Source: Octopus bimaculoides (lineage: Eukaryota). Taken from it: a stretch of 64,000 nucleotides of DNA. Under the pieces are notes generated by a model that saw nothing but the letters and a program-made list of their open reading frames with translations, was not told the DNA's origin and made no database searches. This document shows positions 1 through 10,627 of this stretch, one piece after another (the first letter of the stretch is position 1; each line of letters opens with the position of its first letter). Both the position numbers and the translations under genes were made by a program. Where the stretch lies: positions 8,890,486 to 8,954,485 of the forward strand of contig NC_068989.1 in the NCBI RefSeq assembly GCF_001194135.2, read 5' to 3'.

Positions 1-41
<41 letters not shown>

Positions 42-68
42 TATACATATACATATATATATATATAT
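1..68. repeat. (TA)n microsatellite. Other simple repeats: 706-789, 2690-2953, 3470-3541 (CT), 3660-3740 (CTA/CTG), 6162-6204 (T43), 23700-23880 (CA), 28893-28924 (GA), 35043-35165 (GGAA), 41590-41830 (CTA/CAC)
   Basis: Directly visible. Confidence 0.95.
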
Positions 69-737
69 GGGGAGCACAAAGAGAGTGAGAGAGGTTAAAT
101 AAACCGGTGTGAGGGCAAGAATGGAGGAAAAGTTCTTATGTTAATATCTGTGTAGATACTTGAGTGTGGAAAAGATTAAATAGTGCATTGTTAATAGATA
201 TGTGTGATGAAATGAGTATTTCATTTCAGTTCATCTGTGTCTCGATTACTCAATAATTCATATAATTTCATGCTCATTTCTCCTTCTCTAACTATCTCCT
301 TCTTTCTCTTTCTTTCTCTCACTCTCACCTATCCGTCTATCTATCATCAGAATGTAAAGATCCTAGGAGCTGATCAGTTGTTCATTCCATATGGAAATCA
401 TTTCATTCCATCCGTCTATATTTTTCACTCTTAATCCGTGCATTTATTTCTGTAAGCGTTGGAGACGAAGCTGTCAATCTATTTCTCTATCTACCTTTTG
501 GTGTGTGTGTGTCTCTATCAATGTTTGCGTATCTAACAATCTATCTATCTTTCTGTCTGTCAGTCAGTCTGTCTATCTCGTTAGCTATCTATTCATCTAT
601 CAAAGGATTGATTAACCAATCTATCTACGTCTTAACATCTGTACTGTACGGCTGTTTAAATCCGCTTGCATATTTGAGTAATTCAACCGATATGTATATA
701 TATATGTGTGTGTGTGTGTGTCTATACACACATACAT

Positions 738-789
<52 letters not shown>

Positions 790-1255
790 NNNNNNNNNNN
801 NNNNNNNNNNNNNNNNNNNNNNNNNNNNNNNNNNNNNNNNNNNNNNNNNNNNNNNNNNNNNNNNNNNNNNNNNNNNNNNNNNNNNNNNNNNNNNNNNNNN
901 NNNNNNNNNNNNNNNNNNNNNNNNNNNNNNNNNNNNNNNNNNNNNNNNNNNNNNNNNNNNNNNNNNNNNNNNNNNNNNNNNNNNNNNNNNNNNNNNNNNN
1001 NNNNNNNNNNNNNNNNNNNNNNNNNNNNNNNNNNNNNNNNNNNNNNNNNNNNNNNNNNNNNNNNNNNNNNNNNNNNNNNNNNNNNNNNNNNNNNNNNNNN
1101 NNNNNNNNNNNNNNNNNNNNNNNNNNNNNNNNNNNNNNNNNNNNNNNNNNNNNNNNNNNNNNNNNNNNNNNNNNNNNNNNNNNNNNNNNNNNNNNNNNNN
1201 NNNNNNNNNNNNNNNNNNNNNNNNNNNNNNNNNNNNNNNNNNNNNNNNNNNNNNN
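790..1255. other. Assembly gap. Other gaps: 2954-3053, 5103-5294, 7728-7746, 13632-14012, 14800-14899, 20339-20348, 26045-26164, 34858-35042, 40231-40581
   Basis: Runs of N, mostly abutting microsatellites. Confidence 1.
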
Positions 1256-1589
1256 ATATATAGTGTACTCTTCCGTTGTTTGCAGGATCAAGAAAGAAGT
1301 ACTCCATCAAGCGAGAGAAAAATATCGTTCGATAAGCGAAGGTTTGAAATGTGACTTACTATAAGTTCCATGATCTGATAGTACAGTAGACGAACGATCT
1401 TGTGTAGCGTACTGTCAACCATACAAGATATACACGCTCATCCGACTGCTGTACTACAGGAGCATGAAATTTGTAGTAGCTCAGATTTTGATCCTTTGTT
1501 TGTTAAATTACATATATGTGTATATGAGATGTGTATCGTCTGGGTGTGGTAGTTGAGCGTTGTACAACTGCTAAGGATGATAAATCCAT

Positions 1590-2065
1590 CAAGTATTAAA
1601 CATCTTTAGATCTCTGATCCTTCCTGTCCTGTTCTATAGTTGTGAGACTTAGGCACTGTCCGGGGCCCTTAGGTGCCGCTTGAACTTCTTTGGTACCAAG
1701 ATGATTCGTAGGATTATGGGTTACCAATGGCCGAATTTCGTATCCAACCAATGATTCTATTCAGAAACTGGGAGGCGTCCTGTTATTTGTATGGTTATGG
1801 AGCACCAGCCTAGACTGTTTCGCCTTGTTGTTTGATATTCCGAGGCTTACCGAGTTTTCTTCATTGAGGATCCGACTGAGTTGACGGCTCATTTTGCTCG
1901 ACCACATGCCAAATGGTCGTGCAGATGAGGAGGTATCTCACGGAGACGAGGACTGACCGGGACTGTGCTCGACAGATCGCCCGGAATAACACGGAGATAT
2001 ACCGACGATGGTGAATGCAGCAGCACGCTGCAACGACACATGCTCCCATCTCTGACCTGACCTGA
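1590..2065 (+). mobile_element. RTE-clade LINE 3' fragment (degenerate)
   Basis: Translates IFRSLILPVLFYSCET*ALSGALRCRLNFFGTKMIRRIMGYQW..., the RTE post-RT motif (LPVLLYGCETW...RRIMGY); ends in a (TGACC)n-like tail. Confidence 0.8.
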
Positions 2066-3498
2066 TAAATATCTGTTTCCTTCATAACTATGAATCATAA
2101 TGGCGAGTAAATTAAATTTTTGTGCCATTTGTAACGAGGTAGCACTTCACGACTCACAGCTAGTTGCATCGTGATATGGCACATGGGGGATAATGAGAGT
2201 GACAAAAATTAAGGACTGAAAATGAACCAGAATTACTCCAACCCACATTCTGAGTTCGTTTGTATAGTGGGGTATCATATTCATAAATTTTTGAAAAATT
2301 TATTAGCTGAAACCGACTTTCTTTATGATAATTCTCTTCTTGCAATATGATATAATCCAGTCGTAATTCGCTTTCAAATCTAATAATACACCGCAATCAG
2401 AAACAAAAATTTACTCAGTTCGAAATATGGGGCTTCTGACATAACAATATCCTGTAGTCGATCTTAGCATTTAGATATACCACAGTTTATTAACACTGAT
2501 CATAAATACTATATACTTACAGTAGTATGCGGTTCTTTATTTTTTCAGCATATATTTTATTATTGCTGTAAATACACGCTGTGGAATTTTGTGGTGATAT
2601 GTTTATAGCGGACCTTTTATGCAACAGGAAATATTTTCACGTTTCACCGAGAATCAATAACAGGGATACACTTTACAACAATACCTAGTATGTTTGTGCG
2701 CGTGTGTGTGTGTGTGTGTGTGAGTGTGTTCGGGAACTGTTCGTATTTCTGTCTATTTATATTTATATGTTTACATATTTGTATGATGATATACATGTGT
2801 GTGTTTTTGCATGTATATATATACGTGTATACGTGTGCATATGTATATGTGCCTACTTATAGATGTGCTTGTATATGTCTGTATGTATATATACATATAT
2901 ATTTATACATGTATATATATATATGTGTGTGTGTGTATATATATATATATATANNNNNNNNNNNNNNNNNNNNNNNNNNNNNNNNNNNNNNNNNNNNNNN
3001 NNNNNNNNNNNNNNNNNNNNNNNNNNNNNNNNNNNNNNNNNNNNNNNNNNNNNCGGAGCGAAGAGCTACGATATATTCTCGTCGGCTATTAATGGCAACA
3101 GACACTAAGAAAAACCGTTTAAAAAAGAGGGCAGTTACTCTAATAGGTAGAAAAAGAAATAAGAGACAAAAAAAATACACGCAACCATATTCTCACAATA
3201 CCTAGACATAAACCTCCTGCGTTCACAACGTCTACATACGTACACACTCACACAAACAAGTATACGTACATGCACGTACACACTTACAAACATATATGCA
3301 TGTACGTACTCATATATCTAATTTTTTGTTTCTTTTTGTCAGTGGTGAGCATTTGGCACCACATTAGCCAATGTGTCTTTCTTCTTCGTAAAACATTTGG
3401 GAATATAAAGATGTAGCTGCTATTTCCAGAAGCCAAAGTGAACACATCGAGAGAGACACACATACACTCACTCACTCACTCACTCTCACTCTCTCTCA

Positions 3499-3538
<40 letters not shown>

Positions 3539-4155
3539 TTCTAGATATTACACCACGCCAGAGTCGACTTTGCTTTTCATTTATTGCCAGGTTCGATTGT
3601 ACAAAGTATAAATCATGTATTCTTGCCGATTGGTTGTGCCAACGGGGAAAGAAATTAACTGCTACCACTACTGCTACTACTACTACTGCTGCTACTACAA
3701 TTACCACTGCCGCCGCTGCTGCTGCAGATGTTGCTGCTACAAGTCATATTATATACTGGAGTTGACATTAATCAACTACAGAACTTCCCTAACAACGTCT
3801 TTTAGCCTTGTACTTCTATGAGAAGCCAATATCATATCTCAGGGTTGTTACTTGTCAAACAAATGATTTTACCGGCGACCGTGTCTTGAAACTCAAAGCC
3901 ATTTTAACCATCTAAAAAAAACAAAATAACTTTTAATTTCACTTCTTGTTTGTTTCTCCAACCGCATCGGACAAAAAGACCAAGCGGCGTTTCTTTCGAC
4001 ACTTAACGTTCCGAGTTCCAATGTGGCTGGGTTTAATTTCGCCTTTCATTCTTTCGGGATCGATAAAATAAGCATCAGTCAAGCACTGGAATCGATTACA
4101 TCAACTCCCTTTTTCACCAAAAAAAATGTTACGCTTTGTGCCTCTATTAGAAAGG

Positions 4156-4190
<35 letters not shown>

Positions 4191-4200
4191 TATTATTAGA

Positions 4201-4445
4201 AGGCGGCGAGCTGGCAGAAGCGTTAGCACGCCGGGCGAAATGCTTAGTGGTATTTCGTCTGCCGCAACGTTCCGAGTTCAAATTTCGCCGAAGTCGACTT
4301 TGCCCTTTCATCCTTTCGGGGTCGATAAATTGAGTACCAGTTGCGTACTGAGATCGATCTAATCGATTGGTCTCCTCCCCCAAAATATTTCAGCCCTTGT
4401 GCTTATAGTAGAAAGGATTATTATTATTATTATTATTATTATTAT
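4201..4445 (+). mobile_element. tRNA-derived SINE, family A (GGCGGCGAGCTGGCAGAA head, (ATT)n tail)
   Basis: About 215 bp with a B-box-like GAGTTCAAAT. Related copies at ~3990-4110, 5990-6125, 12272-12780 (-, three pieces), 22222-22400, 29252-29465, 29494-29670, 35465-35680, 51555-51740. Confidence 0.85.
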
Positions 4446-4610
4446 AGTAGTAGTCTTATTTTTTCACGTGCATCACTGCACTACCGAGTGTTGCTCTGTG
4501 TGCCTTGGGTATGTACTGTAGTTTATTGTGATGCTCTTATTTTCACTATATTGAAAGTGTTTTACATAAAATGTGTGCGGTGCCTAGTAGTGCTATTTTC
4601 TGTATGTTAG
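4445..4610 (-). mobile_element. R4/Dong-clade retrotransposon 3' fragment (diverged copy A)
   Basis: Aligns by eye to the 3' UTR and terminal codons of copies B and C; abuts (ATT)n. Confidence 0.75.
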
Positions 4611-4740
4611 ATAAGAACCAGTTACTCACTGGGGTCGAAGCAAACCACTTAATCCCTTCCCCCGGATTTGAGTCCTTGTACTTCCAGCAGAAATAGTTGT
4701 TATTATTATCATCATTATTATTATTATTATTATTATTATT

Positions 4741-5102
4741 CAGTAGTTTTATTTTTATAACGTGCTTTCACTTCACTACCGAGCGCAGCTCTGTGCGCCT
4801 TGGGTATGTGCTGTGGTTTGCTGTGGTGCTCTTATGTTTACTGTATTGAAAGTGTTTTGCGTAGAATGTGTGCAGTACCCAGTAGTGCAATTTTCTGTAT
4901 GTTATATATATTTGTAAGTCCTGGTGTTTTTGTTATGTATTTGTCTGAATATTTTTTTATTATACCTAAGGCACCTACTATGATAGGAATTGTTTCTGTT
5001 TTTAGATTCCACATTCGAGTTACCTCTATTTCCAGGTCTTTGTATTTTGAAAGTTTCTCCATTTCTTTTAGAGAAACGTTGTCATCTGTTGGTATTGATA
5101 CT
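4741..5102 (-). mobile_element. R4/Dong-clade retrotransposon 3' end (copy B), interrupted by an N gap
   Basis: ORF VSIPTDDNVSLKEMEKLSKYKDLEIEVTRMW...IVGALG...IQKIALLGTAHILRKTL is the restriction-like endonuclease C-terminus of R4-clade elements; (TAA)n 3' flank. Confidence 0.85.
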
Positions 5103-5336
5103 NNNNNNNNNNNNNNNNNNNNNNNNNNNNNNNNNNNNNNNNNNNNNNNNNNNNNNNNNNNNNNNNNNNNNNNNNNNNNNNNNNNNNNNNNNNNNNNNNN
5201 NNNNNNNNNNNNNNNNNNNNNNNNNNNNNNNNNNNNNNNNNNNNNNNNNNNNNNNNNNNNNNNNNNNNNNNNNNNNNNNNNNNNNNNNNNNNNNGTTATT
5301 ATTATCATCATTATTATTATTATTATTATTATTATT

Positions 5337-5975
5337 CAGTAGTTTTATTTTTATAACGTGCTTTCACTTCACTACCGAGCGCAGCTCTGTGCGCCTTGGG
5401 TATGTGCTGTGGTTTGCTGTGGTGCTCTTATGTTTACTGTATTGAAAGTGTTTTGCGTAGAATGTGTGCAGTACCCAGTAGTGCAATTTTCTGTATGTTA
5501 TATATATTTGTTAGTCCTGGTGTTTTTGTTATGAATTTGTCTGAATATTTTTTTATCATACCTAATGCGCCTACTATGATAGGAATTGTTTCTGTTTTTA
5601 GATTCCACATTCGAGTTACCTCTATTTCCAGGTCTTTGTATTTTGAAAGTTTCTCCATTTCTTTTAGAGAAACGTTGTCATCTGTTGGTATTGATACTTT
5701 AATTGGTCTTAATTTCTCTATCTGTGTGTATTGGCACATCCCATAGTATTGTTGCTTTCTCATTTTCTGTGACCTTTTCTGGCGTGTTCCTGTACCACCT
5801 TTTTTCTGTTGTTATTCCATAGTGTTGGCATAGCTTCCAGTGTATGTAGGTCCCAACGCTGTCGTGTCTATGAATATATTCCTTCTTAGCCAGGACTGGG
5901 CAGCCAGAAACAATATGATTTATTGTTCCTTGTCCATTTCCACATATTCTGTAGTTACATGTTATGCTTCTTTAC
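5337..5975 (-). mobile_element. R4/Dong-clade retrotransposon 3' end (copy C), CCHC knuckle plus internally deleted RLE domain
   Basis: xRICG...TINHIVSGCPVLAKKEYIHRHDSVGTYIHWKLC...LWDVPIHTDREIK, then a jump to VSIPTDDN...; (TAA)n on both sides. Confidence 0.88.
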
Positions 5976-6159
5976 ATTATTATTATTATTACGATGAGGA
6001 ATTAACAGAAGCAATAGTATAGCGAATGTAACGCCGAGAAGTAATTAGTTTCGTCTCTCTACGTTCCGAGTTCAAAGAGTTGTCTTTGTCTTTTATCCAT
6101 CCTGGGTCTTTAAAATAAATACCGGTCTGAGGTCATTTTAATCAACCAATTCTTTCATA

Positions 6160-6205
<46 letters not shown>

Positions 6206-7759
6206 GAAATCTTGTTGCAATGTAAGAAATTAATATTATTGGCTGATGATGGTGTTTTATTCGTGTTTGGGTTTCCGCAATAATTTCATAGTCGTTAGAT
6301 GCGTTTTCTTTTCTGTTATATTGAGTGATTCTAATAAAGCACATGTTGGTGAATTCAGCGTTTTATTTGTAGCTTTCCTTCACAAGGCAATCAAAGAAAT
6401 GTTGATTTCTATGTCGGCTATTACTGGGATGTGAGCGCCATTTGCTTAGTGGCGCATGACGGTGAATGAAAATGAAAAACTTCTATCGTAGCAAGGATCT
6501 CGGTAACGGCGGCGATATAAGGCGCAAGCAACCGTGTACAAAGAAATTCGATGTTTATGACATTCATTTGAAAATTAATTACAACAACAAAAGCTGTATT
6601 AGCGGAGATGATAACAACAATAAGAACTATTATAAGAAAACAACAAGAATTCACAAGTAGAGCAACAGAGAACGTAAAAACACTAACGCACAGCAAAACG
6701 AAATCTTAAACAGATTTGCAGCCAAAAAACTTCAGAAATATTAGCAGCAACATTATCGACATCAGCAACAGTAGCAGCGGCTACAACAGTAACAAAATTA
6801 ATTGCAACCCCGATGATAAAAATAACAATTTCAACAACCTTGTAGGTTTGTACATCAGAACTTGCAAAAGTGAAAAATGAGAGGTTGACGGAAGCGAGTC
6901 ATGGACAGTAAAACTTACTTTGTTTTCCCCTACACCTTGCGGGGGAAAATTCAAATTCCTTTTAGGTAAGTTGTTTGAAAGGAAGTCTATCATCGCTGCT
7001 TTTGAACACAACTATAAACCCTAGAGATCTATTATAAACAAAGGAGCATATCTAAAATTGCGACTGAAACGCATTTGATTATATATCTTTTTAATCAAAT
7101 CCAACCTCGGGCTAAGCAACCACAAGAAACAACTTCAACAGCTAAACCCCATTTATAATTAACAAGAAAATCAATAAGCCACAAGGGGAATAAAAGATCT
7201 TAGCTGACGTTACAGCAATTTCTTAATCCGTTCGGATGGTCGTAGTAAAATGAACAGTGAAAAGAACGTGATAGCATTGAAAAGCAGGGGGCTTTCTTTA
7301 ACATCCCTGCAAGTAATAAATAAAGAACTGCAACGTATTACAGGAACTCCTTTTGAGCACGATTGGTATCACAGAATCCTAATTGCCAAATTCCGAAGCA
7401 ACGCTTGGTTATAAAAGCTGGAGTCGTAAGAATGGACAAGTATGAGAATATTAACTTTTATCGGTTACTGATTTCAATCCTTTGACTGCGGCCATGCTGG
7501 AATACTGCTTTGAACTGCCTTGAACGGTTTTTAATCAAACAGGTCGACATCTACTCTTTGTTCATTTTTTTTCAAGCCTGTAACTTATTCTATCGTCTTC
7601 TTTTACCGAACTGCTAAGTTATGGGAGTGTAGACAAATCACTACCAGCTATCAAGCGATGGGTGAAAGCAGACAAACACTTCTACAAATACACCAAACGC
7701 ACACACACACACACACACACATATATANNNNNNNNNNNNNNNNNNNTATATATATAATG

Positions 7760-8095
7760 GAACAAAAATGCAATAGAGGACAATAAAACATCCGGACAGC
7801 AGACAGGAAAATCAACAATTAGAGAGATAGGAAAAAAGACGGGTCATTCGTGGCCTTCTTTCGTCAGTCGAGTTACCAGATGTCCTTACAGTTTCGGGCA
7901 GTTACACTTGAGACAGTTCGATCCGGTTGCCCCACAAAAAAGTCTAAGAGCATTAGATTTTTTGTAAGAAAGCTAGCGAATGTATACGACAACAAAGAAA
8001 AAAATGGAAAACATGGTACACGATTACGAATACAAACAACAACAATATCGAGTGAGGACGAATCAAATTGAAAGCCTTAAGGCAAGAACATAGAA
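7760..8095 (-). mobile_element. Interspersed repeat end, probably Penelope-like, with a decayed CTGACGA motif
   Basis: The minus strand carries CTGACGA...GAA...GTC but no intact hammerhead; family assignment by resemblance only. Confidence 0.3.
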
Positions 8096-8250
8096 GATGA
8101 TATGTATGTATGTATGTATGTAAATATATATATATATATATAAATTATACTGTTTTATAGATATTGTTATTAATTAACAATATTCGTAGACAGACTAGAA
8201 TCGAAGTGCTCAAATTTTGCTAAGTTCCAGTTTATGATTTGAGTGGAGGC

Positions 8251-10134
8251 AATACGAGCGGAAAACTAGAGGAACCTGACTTATTATCCAGCAGAATATT
8301 CAATATATATTCACACTTTCTTCGACATTAATATAGCCACATAAAGCTCAACTTAATAGAAGTATTAATAACATACAAGCATATAGACATTTATATATTT
8401 TTATAATCCCACAAATATCTAAAAATATTTTAAAACATTTATAAATACATAGGCATCTTTAAAAATATATAAGTAAAATAAGTACAAAATATACACATAA
8501 TAAGATATAAAAACGTCGATATTATATAAAACATAGTGAATTATAAATTCATGATATACTATAGAGGAATAAAAATTTAGAGGTCATAACACGCGCACAT
8601 AGAGTATTTAAAAACACTTAGATATTTTAAAATATATAAAGACATTCATAAATACATAGGCATTTTAAAATAGAAGACATCGATATGAAATAAGATATAG
8701 TAAATAATAAGTTCACAGGATATGTTACAAGGACTAAAGATTTCAAGTTACAACACAAAGCGTGTGGAAAGTAGAAAGTCAAACATTTTAAAGCATTAAA
8801 CGGACATACTAAAATCCACATTTAGTGGTCCACATAATCCACATTTAGTGGTCCACTAAATGTGGATTATGTGTTAGGGAGGCATACTTCATTTTGAAAA
8901 TTTTTAATCATGCCATGTTGAATAAATTTACTGATGCTATTCCGGCTTGCACGCATAAGATCAACTCGACGTTTTTGAGGAAGTTTAAAAATTAAAAATA
9001 AAAGCAAGAATAAGAATTAGAGTATTAATAATGAAAAGGTGTAATACGAAATTGAAATAAGGATAAAAATAATAACTTATAATCTAAAATTTAAAATTTG
9101 TAATATAAAATTTAAAATATAATTGAAACTTATACTCTAATTAATGGAGTAAATACTAGTAGATATTACATTATCTAGCGAGGATGTAATTGGTATGAAT
9201 TGAACTAGGGATGGCTAGCTTTGGATAAGCATGGGAATGGTATTAAAAATACAATAAAAGTACTATAATGCACTGTTCTGAATGAGACTTTGCACAGGCC
9301 TTTAACTGAACTCAACTATCCTAATGTTAATACTTATAACTATTATATTAAGTGAATAACTATAATGTCAAAGGATTTTACGAATTCGCTGGAACGTGAT
9401 TATGTGAGTTGTCCTTTTTCTGTATTATCTTAATGGTGTCTTTCGTGTCGTGGAGTATCCTGACGAAGGAAGTGTCTGGTTCAGTTAAAATATGAAATTC
9501 ATGTCATATTAACTGACACGTCTCCGAAACGGGCCGTCGATAAAACTTTTGGATCCATTAAACATTGTCTCTAATGTTAATATGTCCGTTTAATGCTTTA
9601 AAATGTCTGACTTTCTACTTTCCACACGCTTTGTGTTGTAACTTGAAATCTTTAGTCCTTGTAACATATCCTGTGAACTTATTATTTACTATATCCTATT
9701 TCACATCGATGTCTTCTATTTTAAAATGCTAATGTATTTATGAATGCTTTTATATATTTTTAAATATCTAAGTGTTTTTAAATACTCTATATGCTTGTGT
9801 TGTGACCTCTAAATTTTTATTCCTCTATAGTATATCATATGAATTTATAATTCACTATGTCTTATCGACGCTTTTATATCTTATTATGTATATATTTTGT
9901 ACTTATTTTACTTATATATTTTTTAAAATGCCTATGTATTTATAAATGTTTTAAAATATTTTTAGATATTTGTGGGCTTATAAAAAATATGTATATGTCT
10001 ATATGCTTGTATCTTATTAATACTTCTATTAAGTTGAGCTTTATGTCGCTTTATTAATGTCGAAGTAAGTGTGAATATATATTGAATATTCTGCTGGATA
10101 ATAAGTCATGTTCCTCTAGTCTTCCGCTCGTATT
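8251..10134 (+). mobile_element. Penelope-like element relic with inverted arms (8251-8812 / 9577-10134)
   Basis: About 560-bp AT-rich arms are reverse complements of each other (~90% by eye). The spacer holds a putative GIY-YIG C-terminus (VREAYFILKIFNHAMLNK...*, 8873-8995) and a hammerhead core (9456-9542). Confidence 0.6.
9456..9542 (+). ncRNA. Type I hammerhead ribozyme motif (Penelope-type) with extended stem II
   Basis: TATC-CTGACGA-(A)-GGA...TCC-GAAA-CG-GGC-CG-TC/GATA. All conserved core nucleotides are present; stem I TATC/GATA, stem III ACG/CGT, GUC cleavage site after 9538. Confidence 0.65.
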
Positions 10135-10254
10135 ATGTACATATCAATGGCAACTCCGGCATTCGGGCTGTTCGGGCTTAGCCCGAGTATAAGTTTAGTA
10201 AAGTGAACGTGTATTTGAAAGTTGATCTAATTTCTACCAACTCTGACTTCAAGT

Positions 10255-10627
10255 TGTTGTTGGCACTCCGTCGCTTACGACGTCGAGGGTTCCAGTTGAT
10301 CCGATCAACGGAACAGCCTGCTCGTGAAATTAACGTGCAAGTAGCTGAGCACTCCACAGACACGTGTACCCTTAACGTAGTTCTCGGGGATATTCAGTGT
10401 GACAAGGCTGACCCTTTGAATTACAGGCACAACAGAAACAGGAAGTAGGAGTGAGAGAAAGTTGTAGTGGAAGAGTACAGCAGGGTTCGCCACCATCCCC
10501 TGCCGGAGCCTCGTGGAGCTTTAAATGTTTTCGCTCAATAAACACTCATAACGCCCGGTCTGGGAATCGAAACCGCGATCCTATGCCCACGAGTCCGCTG
10601 CCCTAACCACTGGGCCATTGCGCCTCC
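10255..10627 (-). mobile_element. Full-length tRNA-derived SINE, family B, with 15-bp TSD
   Basis: Head GGAGGCGCAATGGCCCAGTGGTTAGGGCAGCGGACTC...GGTTTCGATTCCC (A/B boxes), (AAC)n tail; TSD ACTCTGACTTCAAGT at 10240-10254 and 10628-10642. Confidence 0.9.

Noticed and set aside
503-1364. Long ORFs (185-283 aa) in the track; likewise 13401-14266, 34729-35222, 40128-40775
   Set aside because: They run through N gaps and (TA)/(CA) microsatellites (IYIY/VCVC peptides); artefacts.
6162-6260. T43 tract as the poly(A) tail of a processed pseudogene
   Set aside because: The nearest AATAAA is about 50 nt away, no TSD was found and there is no recognisable coding frame on that strand.
7830-7880. Hammerhead candidate CTGACGA...GAATGACCCGTC on the minus strand
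   Set aside because: No stem II or stem I pairing and GAAA is broken; at most a decayed motif.
10560-10627. tRNA-like sequences at SINE heads (also 26860-26923, 47540-47602, 49560-49632, 62270-62335)
   Set aside because: A/B boxes are present, but they continue into SINE bodies and I see no complete cloverleaf; not tRNA genes.
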